NCBI RefSeq assembly: GCF_022539665.2
Contig: NC_081331.1
Coordinates: forward strand, 11,718,001 to 11,782,000
DNA from: Daphnia carinata
Lineage: Eukaryota
Length of the DNA: 64,000 bases
Direction of reading: 5' to 3'
Position numbers and translations under genes: made by a program. Below the pieces are notes generated by a model, which searched no databases, was not told where the DNA came from, and saw nothing but the letters and a program-made list of their open reading frames with translations. Positions 40,501 to 52,958 of the stretch are shown here, in pieces. Each line of letters begins with the position of its first letter. Within the stretch, counting starts at the first letter, position 1.

Positions 40501-43500
40501 AGGTGGAATGTCGGAGACATTTTCTAGTTGGAATGGCTGGAACGCTCTGTGCGGCGCCCGGTTTTCATTAGGGGGTCTCGGGCAGCAGGTGGAAGCTGTG
40601 TGGTCACCAGTAACAAGAGACTAGGCCAGCAGGGGGGTTACGCTGCCCCTCCTGTCTGAAAATGCCATTTTTAGGAAGGGGCCGATGGCAATTGTATAAA
40701 AGACACGCTGTCTGTCAAAATAACTAGAAAAAAAGCAAAGCATTCTGAAATGGTTACTTCTGGGCGAGAGCGTCATTTAAAACCAGCTCTTTTGCCATCA
40801 AGTATCAAAGAGAAAAATGAGATATGCTTTGCATTTCATATCAATTTCCCACTAAGGAATGGCTAGCCTCAGGGACATAGCTATTTATAAAGAAACCCAC
40901 GATTTCCAGGAAAGGATACAAACTGGACCATGTCTTCTTTCATTTCCCCTTTTTGTTCCGATCGATCGCTTTCGGCCGTGTTGACTGTCCATCAAAGAGC
41001 GAGCGCCAACCACCCAATTATGGCACTACGTCTCCTACGCAGCGGAGGTTTGCATTTCATTTGCCACAACCCACTCACTACTTGTCAGTTGTTGATGAAT
41101 TCCATTCGGTTCGACTGTTTTTTTTTTTTTGCACGAACGTTGTTGATGGTCACCAATATAAACGTTGAAGGATCGATATTCAAGTCACGCCACATCGGCG
41201 GCGGCAATGAAACGCGTGGATGTCCCTGCTGGCATTTCCGCGTCGTGGTTTACTATAACGGCCTCTCTTTGTTGTTGTTGTTGATGTTGGAGGTCGCACA
41301 CAAGGGGGAATTATGGCTTTAACATGTTTCGAGCCAACTTTCTATCGCCCAAACGGCTGCTAATGACGGTGACCTCCCGTTAATTAGTTATTTCAACGTC
41401 GGTCGCAATCGTTCACGAGTTCAAGTGGAAGACCTAATCATCCGCGACTTGTTTATTGTCCCTATGTGGAACGACTAAAGTTTTTTTTTTTTTCGTGTCA
41501 ATGCTGTCGGTCTAAAGAAAAGTTCAAGAACCTACAGATAAAAAGTTTTATAGAGTAAGGACGGGAATGGCTCAGAGCAATGGGTTTAATTAGACGAATT
41601 GCATTGCAGCTCTTTATGTAGAATGATGAGTTTTTTTTTTCTTCTCTCTCTCTAGATCGTTGTGACTCGAGCTGTAGGCGTTATCTTTTAAACTCTCGTT
41701 TCCATGGCAAAATATTTCATTTGCATATCTTCCGTCGAACACTTTTATTTCAATAATAAAAGTTTCATCAAATGTTTTCTTTTTCTTCATTCTTTTTTTA
41801 GTCGGGGACCCTTTTTTCTTTTCTCCCAATTGAATTAAAGTTCTTTCGTTATTCACTCTTCGGAATCGATTTTTTTTATCGTTGAAAGAAAGAGACGGTG
41901 ATGTCTGGAGGAAAGACGAGATAGCGAAAGACAAGTGGTGAATCCGTTCCGGAGCTCACGCGTAGCAACAACGAGAGACACACGGAACCGTATCCGTATT
42001 GCCCCCTCTGGGCTCTCAATGGAACTGAGATTACAAAGCCAGTATTATTTTGTTTTTTTTATTCCTGAGAAAAAAAAAAACAGGTCGTTTCGGGGATAGT
42101 ACTGAAAACGTTGATTGTCAAAACTAAAAAAAAAAAAAAAAAAGAAAAGAAATAAATAGTTGTTGTTGTTGTTTGTGTGACGCGTCTGGCCATCCGTTCA
42201 CGCACCATTCCAACAATTTCTCCAGCTTCTCTCTCTTTTTTTTTTCTCGCCTGATGGGATATTGCCTCTTAAACCGATCCACTTACTTTACTGTCTCTCG
42301 CTCGACTATTTATAGCTAGTCGTAGATGAAATAGCTCGTTTTTCTTTTTTTGGATGCTTTTCGAAAATGAAAAGGTGCTCGACACCCAACGCAGTTTTGA
42401 AAAAAATAACTGAGGGAAAAAGAGCGTTGGCCATTTCCCGAAAATATTGTTTCTCACTTTACAGTCAAAAGCATCTTGGCCGAACGGCCGCTACCTGCTG
42501 TTGATTCCTATTATGTTAATTCAATTTCAACGCCGCTTCTTCGGTCGTTTGCATTTTCAATGCAACTCACTAACTCATCGTTTTTTTTTAACGCATATCG
42601 TTGTCGACACGTAACACGACGACCGCCATTCGCCACGGTGTAATTCCCCAATTCCTAGTTGAGTAAAAAGTACCCGAAACTTTGCAATCTCACAATCAAA
42701 GAGCAAGCGTTTTGATTCTTTTTTTCAACAGGGGTTCTGAATAAGAAAGAAAAGGCGAAAGTTTCTTTGCCACGTGCCGCCTTTGAAGTTCTAAAAATTC
42801 GGTAGACCTGTTCGGAGAAGGTGGTTTGTCCCCGTTTTCTCGCTCACTTTTTTCTCGAGTTTTAACAGCAAGCTTTTCTTCATTATGGTTGTCTGAAATT
42901 CGCACGGCGTTGGCACGTTAAACAAACCGTATCGGAGCGCGAAGGAGGTAGTCCTGCAAGCATAACAAGGTAGAGAATAAACCTATTTAGAATGAAAGTA
43001 ACTTACTAAAGTCGCTGAAATATATGCGCTTCGTACTTGGTTAAGAAAGTTTGAGAAGCGCAGTGATGTGCCAGGCCAACGAGGACGTGAGTCCCACGCT
43101 AGTTTTTAATCCCGATTGAAGCTCGATAGGGGACATGAAAAAAAGAATAGATGGCAGAGTGGGGAAAAAAAAGGGAAAGGCTAGTTAATAATAGAAAGGA
43201 ACAAGATATGAGGGGTGCAATATGTCCGACAACTTGCTGCCACGTATGAAAAAAAATTCAGGCGGAAAATTCGATAGACGACATGACGTTATTTCATCAC
43301 GCACGACATGGTATGTGATTCCATGCAATTTTCGTTTCATTTCAAGAGCATCCAACTTACTTGCTCTTATATTACAACATTCTTGCCAGGGGAATCTTAA
43401 GAAATTCACGTTAAGGCGTGACAAAAAGAGTAAGTATGTCGATCCATGAATTTGCAAGTTTTATTGGACGAAAAACTTTCGTTGTAATACAGTTCTATAT

Positions 43501-43814
43501 TCTTCGTGCTTCTTTTATGATAGGACATACATCAATCAATTCTAGAACTTGAATTGTGACCAGTTTGTTAACGTAATCAGACTTATTGATCGTATGTCCT
43601 TTTGCGCTATCATAAAATTCAGAATATCCACGAAACTTAAAAAATAGATGGAACTGTATGACGATTGACCATTGTGTCATTTAATCATGGACTCACGCCA
43701 GACTGGAGTTCAATTTTTCTGCCTTTTTTTTTACGAATCGATGATTGAAATCGTAGAGATGATTACAGGTTATTGGAGGATGACTTTTCCTCCTACTGGA
43801 ATGTCTTTATATTT

Positions 43815-43950
43815 CAACTGATATGTGTAATTACATTTTGATAACTCAACATCGATAATTCGATGTGGACCATGTACTCCCCTATGCTAACAACGAAATG
43901 TCAGAGATGGGCAACCTTCAAACCGGACGAAGTGTACCAGGATGAAAGGA
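43815..43950 (-). pseudogene. Possible remnant of a Gypsy/Ty3 integrase C-terminal (GPY/F-like) region
   Basis: The minus strand reads SFHPGTLRPV*RLP...LL, then after a 1-nt shift HRGVHGPHRIIDVELSKCNYTYQL. This loosely follows the F.PGD.V.V...KLL.RW.GPY.I......NY pattern, but it is short and needs a stop and a frameshift. Confidence 0.2.
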
Positions 43951-46900
43951 TCCTATCGATCATGTGCTGAATGCAAATCGTTAGACGACTGGGCAACGTG
44001 ACGGATTCGGACCCAAACGACAATTCGTGGGTTTTTCAATTCCAACAACAATTGCGGACCCCGATTGAGGCAAACTAAATGCACGACGGTAAAGGGAGAG
44101 GTACTCCGGTGCATGTATTATTATCGGTCACTGACTATACGGTACATACCCTGATGAAGATATTGTGATGGAGGGGTGGGTGGACTAGACGCTGGGAACA
44201 TGGCATATGGATGCATCGTAAACCTGATGACAGGGGGATGCTATGCAATTAGTTCCGTTTTTTTTCCCCTGCTGCAATCCAGCAACTGGCCAAAGATACG
44301 TTGTAAGGATATTGATGGGCTGATAGCGCCACTCCTCCGGAAATGTCAATAGACCCACCTACCCCCCATGCTTATCTCCTATTTCTCTGTGTTTTCGTCA
44401 ACACACGATCACCTCTCGTCCCTTTGAATTTCTTTTAACGTTTTCCTTTGGATGTGCTATTTCTAAGACCGGTGACAGCATTGTCGTAGCTTTATGTTAC
44501 GAACTCTGAACGCGTAATCTGCCACTGTTACGCGATGCACAGCAACATGTGTTCATTTGAGCGTAAAACATCGTCTTGTTTCCATACCATTAAGACAGCA
44601 TTCAAAAGGCTTGACACGAGATGAATGTAGAACTACATAAGCCCTATGCAAGCTTCTTCTATGCTTTGTCTGTATTATTATTGGCAGGTAAAAGAGGTTG
44701 TTTAGGGGAACTTATATAGAAGTAGGTTATTATGTCTGCGTATTTATGTTTTTTTAAACAGAACTATAGAACTTTTGGTTCAGTTAGCAGCAGGAATGAT
44801 ACACGAAATGAAATGCAATAAGCTTCTCGGCGATGTGATTTGTGAAATTGGTTTACGTTAGACGAGCAGCGGAGACAGCAATTGTTAGGCAATATTCTTT
44901 ACACTAAGAAGGAATTGGATTCCAAAACATTGAAAAAATCGTTTTTCCCCCGAGATACGAGATTTGTTTTCCCTTATTTTTTTTTGTTCCAGTGGGAAGT
45001 TGCCATTTATTTTTCACAGAGGAAAACACAATCCATTCCCGTCTCGTACGGTGCCCTTCAATTTTTCACAATTGCTGCTCCAAGCACTCAAAGAATAGCG
45101 AATTTATATTCCGAAGCATTCACTCCGCATTAAAGATGTAGACCTTAAAATAGTTCCATTTCTATCCTTATGAATTGATGGACTGATGTCCATCTAGACT
45201 TTTTCTCCGACCACCAAAAATAATTGAATTCCCTCCTGCATATCGATCGCACCAGGTGTGTGGACTTTATTTCTTCGCTTCCACAAACTCAGGATCGGCA
45301 CAAGGAATACCACGAATTTATTTGTACCCTTTTTAATTTCAAAGAAATATTGTCTTTATTTGATAATCCAATTGAGTGTATGGTGGGACCCGAAGGATAA
45401 CGTTTATTTTGCCTCCCACAGGTTTTCCCCAAGTTCCAGAATACCAATAAAAAAAACATAGGAAACGAGTAAACAATTTCTATTTAAATAATAAAAAAAA
45501 AAAGAGGTGTGCGGAAACCTAGCGGGAGGGTGGTAATGATTGGTGAATGCTGGACAGGAACACAACAATAGATAATCTAATAACCCGACACAATTGAGAC
45601 CTACAGACGCCTTTGATGGAAAATTCCAGGAAATTCCTTGGCAAGACGCTGTTTGGGGTCTTTCTCCGTCCCTGGTTCATCTTCTTTCCTTTTGAAATGG
45701 AAAGGAGGTATTGAGTCTAGAGGAGCAAAAAGGGAGAACGATGAATGATCAAGAAATAATGGAGAAAAAAAAACGAACAGGATGGATGCCTGTGGTGTGA
45801 AGCTTTGACACATTGAAATGGTAACAGTTTGACCCCCTCCTAGAGCACGCCGCTTCTTTTCAAGGAACGGAGGAGTGAGGAGTCTTAATCGCCTACCTTC
45901 CCTCTCTGATTTCCATTGCATTCAAATCGCTAGTCTAATGAACGTCCTGCCTATGCACGGAAGGCAGATGAAAAGAAGAGCTGCACTCTGCAGGAGGGCC
46001 TTTTTCTTCTCTCTTGTGTGGCTGTAGCGAGCGAACATTTTCCCAAGAAATATAAGAATCTATTGTGTGACTCCCCAAGACGAGAGTCTCCGTCCTTCGC
46101 TCTCCTCTCGCTTCATTTCTTGTTTCTTTTTCTTCATTTTAAAGACGCAAATGTCTTCCGCCGTAGATCCCGCCACCCACGGATGCAACTGGACTGCCGG
46201 CTCTAGCGATTATTTCGTCAAGATTCGTTAGACTTGCCCCTGAATTTTCATCCGTTATGGTGATGGTGATCAATCATCATTCCATAAGAAGTTCTTCTGT
46301 CGTTTCTTTTTCCACATTCTTTAGCTAACCGCTCCAGCAAAAGCTTTTTGCCGTATTAAAAAGTAAACGACGATGTTAATGAAACGAAGGGGAGCTCGGC
46401 CACAAAAAATTATGAAATGGTATCACAATCATCCCCCCGGATAAATAATCCGCTCCGAGCTTCGATAAATACCGTCATGGGTCATCAGGTTATTTAGACA
46501 TGATTTCTATGCTCCCCTCCATTCGTTTTTTCTCAGTGAAAAGGGAACTGTTGTCTATCCGAATGCAAGCTTTTCTGGTCGGTTAAGTCCCAATAGTTCG
46601 GATCGATCCAATCAGGAGCCTCCCCGTTATTTAGCGCAACAAATTCCGGTTTCAACGCACGCACTTTGGCCACCCTAAAATGGCAGCATTATTTTTTTTT
46701 TTGTATTATGGTTTTCGATGAACCAAATAGCTTGAAACCAATCGAGTGAAATGTGCATACATCTCGACGGTCACGTTGTATAGTTCGATAAGACACGTTG
46801 GTATTTTTTAAGAAAGATTATTTTCAAACGCCCTCCATTATTCCGTTCCGACGCATTCATTTTTTGTCTCCCATTTATATTTTTTTATATCATTTGTTTT

Positions 46901-48961
46901 CTTTTGTTCCAGCCAAAATGCACGACTAGCATGTGCGTGTTTGTCCACTTGCTCAAGCGACCATTAATTCAGTTGCTTCATTCTTTTCCAAGGGGGGTGT
47001 TTGCTCCCTTTGATCGTCCATCATTTTTTTTCCCATGTTCTATTTTGATACGGATTTTTTGTTTATCTGTCCGTGGAACCAATTCATGATGTTAGGAATG
47101 TCCCTTACATTTGGACAATGGGTAAGGAATGTACATCGATTGGTGTGAGAATGAAAGAGGGGGGCATGCAAGCTAGCCGACAGTACACGTGATACCTAGT
47201 TGGTACTCGCCCATTGCGTGAGCTCTCGATCGTTCTTCAAAATTCGATCCGATTGCTCTTGGTTTCAATTGGTCTCCAACCCATTGTTGCGTGTTATTCG
47301 GGATTTGAACACACGTGGACAGCTATAGAAATCACCACCGTGTTCTTCAATTTCTAGTTCCCATTTGGCCAGTATTCGGTCCTCCTGCTGTTGCGTCGCA
47401 TTTGAAGACCGAGGGCGGACGCATTGTGTTCAAAAAGACACAATTTGCTAGGCATTGTCGCTCTTTGACGCCGCGCCCACGATTCTCGTTGCAAGACACT
47501 CGAGTTCTTTTTTTATTTTCTCATCTTTGTTATTGCATTATTCCATTTCGTTCTTGTTCCTCTTGCCTCCGTTATCTATGCCTTTGATCCGTGGGTTTGC
47601 CTTAGTGTTTCACTGTTAACAAAGACGAGCAGAAAAAAAGAAGGAATCAAAAGTTTTTGTCTGGATTTTTTTTTTTTTGTAACGTGTTGCGAGAGAGGGG
47701 TTTAACTGTAACTATATTCCGTATAATACCGTATAAAGTGGATGAGTTTCGTTTCCATTGTTGGACGTCAGACGCAGACCACGATGGGGTCATCTCTCCG
47801 ATCTCCATTGCTCGCATCCATTTTTCATGTTTTCTCTCGCCCTTCGGCCCATTTATCCGTGTATATCCATTCAAATGGGCAGGCAGACGCTGTTCTATAT
47901 TCTTGTTCTCGATTGCGAGAGAAGATGCGATGCAGTGCTGCACGCGGCGGATGCTTATTTTGCGTCCATTTCTATACAGTCATTCCACCACCATTTTTAC
48001 CAAGCATCTACGTATATATACCCCACCCAGACGATGGCCCAGATCCGCCTCTAGCTCTTCATCCTTTTCAACTTATCCTGACCAGGATATCTTTTTAGTA
48101 TTCCCAAATATCGTTCAATATTGTTTAACTATTTCCGAGCGCTCCTCGCCCCATTTGCGTGATCGCAAAATGTCGGTCCGCTACGACAAAAGCGGATCAC
48201 AGTAAAAATGGAAAAGCGTTCGTAATGTCAATCGTTTTTCTTTTCTATCTGCTCGTTCACATGCGTTCGTCGATGCTCTCTAATCCTGTCGTTCTTTTTT
48301 TTTGTGCTTCGATCTTTTGAGTCATTGTATAATGTAGACGCGTGATGGTGCAAAGCTCGCTCGACTTTTTTCTGTTTGATACACAATGGCTTCATTTTTA
48401 AGTGGTCGATGCCTGTTAAATGATGACGCACTTAAACGTCTAGTTGTGCGCATCAATGTGTAATAACAAACGCGCTAAACAATTACACTGCAAACCAGAC
48501 GGTGATAAATAAACGCTGAGAGACAAAGAACAAAGTCGAACGAGAAAGCCATTTTTCATTGCCACAATCAACGCGTCTAGCGATCGATTCGGTTACAACA
48601 ATCCGATAGACGATGGTTGCAATTAGATGCTGTTTCATTATAAGAGGAGGAGAGAACCTCACATGTAGCATTGTTTTCCTTTTGGTGGTTCATGTATCAT
48701 TAGCAAAATATTGATTTAGTTCGTATACATTTGCCAGAGGCACTCCTGGTGTACTAGACCTCTTTTAAAACATAATTTATTCTATGGAACGCCATTTAAC
48801 CTACCTATTTTTGATAGACAACCTCCTGTTTTCCGGACTACCCTTTGTTTTCGATTATTTTATAGAAACCTGTATCATCATCTATTGGCAATCTACCATC
48901 CAGTCAATGAAGGTACCACCCAATCGAGATTTATATTGTGTGAATTATTCATATGCCTATT

Positions 48962-49291
48962 CACTTTGATTCCATTTTATTAAAACATTGCACAATTCAA
49001 AGGCAAACTAATATTTTATTCGCAATCAGCATTTAAATTAGATTAGGTCTTCATCGAACTCCAAGTCAAAATTTTATCCCGACTTTTTGTACAAAAAGTC
49101 GGGCTTCAAAAGTCGGGCGTAAATTCGACCTAATTATTTTTAATGATAAATTCTAAATATAGCAAACTATGATGATCTCAAGAAAAATTAAACGGTGATC
49201 ATGAAAATCTACTTTGTTTTCACGTGAGACTTACAGCTTTTGAGTTATTTACATTCAAAGCAGTTGCGCTAAAACAACCTTGTTTCCGTTT
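48962..49291 (-). mobile_element. Diverged inverted fragment of the same repeat family as 30835-32020
   Basis: By hand, 49203-49291 aligns to the reverse complement of 30837-30926 at about 67/90 identity with one gap. 48962-49070 resembles the reverse complement of ~31575-31695. The 13-mer AAGCCCGACTTTT is shared (31376-31388; reverse complement at 49094-49106). Confidence 0.65.
49078..49103. repeat. Perfect 26 bp palindrome followed by an extra half-site
   Basis: CCCGACTTTTTGTACAAAAAGTCGGG equals its own reverse complement. It is followed by CTTCAAAAGTCGGGC. Confidence 0.95.
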
Positions 49292-52200
49292 CTGTCTGGT
49301 CGATGTGACCTCAATTACTGGAAGGTGGATTGCAAATAAGTTGCGATGCAGGATTTCTATAAAACTACCAACGTAAAGGGTAAGCCAGAGGACAAGGGGT
49401 TGTCAATGAAAAGCTGGTCATTTGGCGTTATTCCATATTATTCCGCACTGGCTCTTCGTTTTTGTTTTCTATTTAATTCGCTGCGAGCGGATAAAAAGAT
49501 TGAGTAGGAATTCTGGAAAATCTCGTTTAACTTACTACTGGCTGATATGCTAGGCTTCTGTGGTGATCCGTCATTATGCTGGATGTTAAATCGCTTGAGA
49601 TATAGCTTGAAGCCATATTGCTTTCTTGTTTCTTTTTAGTAGCTGGGATGTACTAAGAACCCGAGCATGTGTTTCAATTCTTATTCCCATTTTCTTTTTA
49701 TTATTATTTAAAGGTACTTAAAAAACTTTAATTCATATGCCTAGAGCATGCTGAGTATTACATCTGTCTCATCACCCAGCATGTGGTACTGGATGGAACC
49801 CATGAAAGTTCTTGGAAAGCTTCAGCAAAATGTGTGAGTTTTTTATTTCATTTCAAAAAAAGAGAAAACAAAAATTAAGAAGAAAAAAAAAGGGCCGTTC
49901 ATCTTCTTCTGTCTACCATCTAACCTGAAGCATTTTACCCCGCCGTTTGATGGACAGCCGTAATAACACTGTGGAACCCTGCAGCGCGGCGCTATTGCAC
50001 ATGTACCTGATTAGTCCGCGATTCTGAAAAAAAAGGAAGAATAAAAAGAGTTGTGGCTGCTAATAAAACTGAATTGCTTGCAGTCCTCGGCCTGCGGGTC
50101 GTTGCCTCGTTGAAAAAAAAAAACTCAAATGAAAATTTCGTGACCCGCAGGTTTTGCGCGCGTTATTGCGTCAAACACAGTAAAGCGTTTGGGCATAGGA
50201 GGAAGCGCTTCAGTGATTTAATAGCGACCCCAATGAAACCTTCATCACCCGTCCCGATCATTTTTCATTCCTTTAATTTTATCTATATATATATTTTTCT
50301 TTCAGATTTCTCTTCTTCCTGTCTCGTTTCGGATCTCTCTTCTCCTCGTTTCGGAATCGTTATTTCTTATTAGAGCTCAGTAGACGAGCGGGTTACCTAC
50401 TTTGATGTCATTTCTTATCATTGTCTGCGGTGGTTTCTCCCCTCGTTTTTACTGTCTACACCCGTTGCCACGTAATGGCACTTTTTTTCGGCGTTTGAAA
50501 CACTACGAGCTCCCGAACAATTTTCATTTTTATTTACGATAAACGGTCGTAATCACGTGGAGCGAGCTCAAACAATTACCTTACAACCCACAGGAATCTA
50601 AAAAGTTTGATTGCTTCCGGCTTGTTTTTTTTTTTGTTCTGGTTTATCTTCTTTTTTTTTTTGGTTTTGTTTTTTATGAATATATTTTTTTAGGAGGGGT
50701 TTCTTTTTTTCCTCTCTCTTTTGTTTCGGTTTATCCCGAGGCTTCGTCCTGACTCGACTATAAATTTATTCTATTTCTTTTGTTAAACAGAAAAGATTGG
50801 GGAGGAAATAACTATTTTTAGGCTCGTTATTATTATTATTCGTGTTTCTCATTATATGCTAGCATTGTTTTCTGTTTGGCCCTTCGGGACGGAAAAGAAG
50901 AAGAAGGGCGGTTACAGAGACGAGTTGAATAGCAATTTGATTCAAGCGTCGTGTCCTTTTGAGGATCATTATGTCTCATCCGCTTCTCGGTCCCCTATTT
51001 GTCCAGAAAAAAGGAAAGAAATCGTTTGATATTATTCCTTGATACACTGCTTTTCTGCCTTTAAAGAAAAAAGGTCGTTTGACTTGCTTCGTTCCCTTTT
51101 TGGTCCAGAAGTTGATTGCCCTATGTTTTATGACTGTAATCCGGACGGATAGCAGGAGGATGCAAAAAAAGGAAAAGAAATTCCGTTTAAACCAAACCAG
51201 AGCTCTCGGTTGTTTAGTACGGGCAATGAATACAAATGAAAAGCAATGGTAAAAAGAGGGAGATAAGAAAAAGAACTTTGAAAAAAACCAACAAAATAGC
51301 TGATGAATATCAGAAAATTGAATTCACTGATTATTCACATCGAGTCGAGACAGATCTCTTTCGCGCCTCTGACCGGAAAAAATGTATTCAAATTAACTCT
51401 TAATCAAAAGTAGTGGCTTTCCAATGTCTAACGGCGATTCTCTGATGCTCAGGTGAGACGAAAAGGTGCGTGATGAACTTTTCTATCAGCTCAGCTGGTG
51501 GTGGCTCCCTTCACTTGTCTCCCATTTTCCTTTTACTAGTTCGTTTCACCTATGGTGAAGGCAAGTAGATATGCACCTCAATGCCCTGCCGATTTATGGT
51601 AATGGGCAATGGGGCCCACACGCATGTCTCTTTGATCTAGAAGCTATTTCTTTCCATCTTCCTTTTTTTTCCAGTTTAAATCAACATGGGTATAGGTAGT
51701 CTCGTCTTTAAAGAGCATCTTTTTTAAATAGGAATGGTTCTTTTTCGTCATTTCAAGACGTGACTCCAGAGATCAACGTCTATGGTATACCTTTGAGAGA
51801 CATGCTAAAGCTAGATTGACTTGTGGTTGACTTTATCTACATCACAAAGTCCACTAAGAGCTCAGTCACACTTTGCTTCAACGCCGATCGGCCTCGCTGT
51901 TTACCAGAAATGTAAAAATAAATAGATGGAAATCAAACATTTCATCCTTCATTTCCTTTTTCTTTTGGCAGGATTCAAATGCGGATTAGCGACTTGGAAT
52001 CGATGTGCTGGATGCGATAATGTCAACTGTAAAAGCCTTTCACAACTATCGTAGAACTTCTAACTTATGACTCTTTTTGCTGTTTACCACAAATGCTCGT
52101 TAAGAATAAAAAAGCTTTGATTCGCAGACTTGTAGAATGCCTCTCGTGTCCGTTGAATTTATTAAACATAATTCATAACCTATGGAGACTTGTTCGGGAG

Positions 52201-52940
52201 AAGGGATTCTGATGGCTGCACAAAGCCAGTGAAAGTCACCTGAACGAATTCACGTAGCGATTGTCTGTAATCAACTGGCATTCACTTTCTGATTTTCATT
52301 CATTTGAACCCTGATTTCAGTGCGTTTAATTTTTTAATTTTTAAATATTTTAAAGGGCATCAAAAGTCTCTAGAAGAATTTAGCCAATAACAAACAACAA
52401 GCTCAGTAGTAAAACCGGAAAAAATTCGTACCGTAGCGGGACGAATGCAGGACGATGGGACCTCGTGAGAAAGTCCCAAAGACCAGAAGGGAACCCTCGT
52501 CGTCTATTTATTTATCTGTACTTCAATTTTTGCTAAATGCAAGCGAGACGAAAGGCAAAGGAAATATTAGAATGAAAGAGAAGTGTCCTTGATACCTATC
52601 GACCTTTTTCTTTTGCTGGGAAAACTGATAATGGATGTTTGCCTGGGCCCCCCGAAACTAATTCTTTTCCTTTCGTGCCTAGCCTATCGGTTTATATTCG
52701 TCCCTTGTACGACTATATATAAAAACATGGGAAGCTTGCACAGAGGAAGAGAGATGAAAAAACATCGATTTTATTTTGCATGTTTATCCGTGTTCCGGAG
52801 GAACGAAACAACGGAATCAGTAGATGGAATCTCATTCTTCTCCTACAGCCTTTTTTTTTATTTCTATTTTGTATTGTGTTTTCTTTACCCCATCTTCAAA
52901 AAAGGCTAAAAAAAAAAAAGGGGAAGAAGGGGGTTGAGAC

Positions 52941-52958
52941 GGGGGGGGGGGGGGGGGG
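52941..52958 (+). repeat. G18 homopolymer
   Basis: Direct reading; additional G runs (GGG, GGGGG) lie just upstream. Confidence 0.95.

Noticed and set aside
45601..45660. Minus-strand KQRLAKEFPGIF resembling the pre-RT 'EFPDVF' motif
   Set aside because: No reverse transcriptase motifs follow it, and it is too short to be meaningful.
49752..49764. TGAGTATTACATC resembling the 5' part of miR-12
   Set aside because: The match stops after 13 nt and there is no proper pre-miRNA hairpin.
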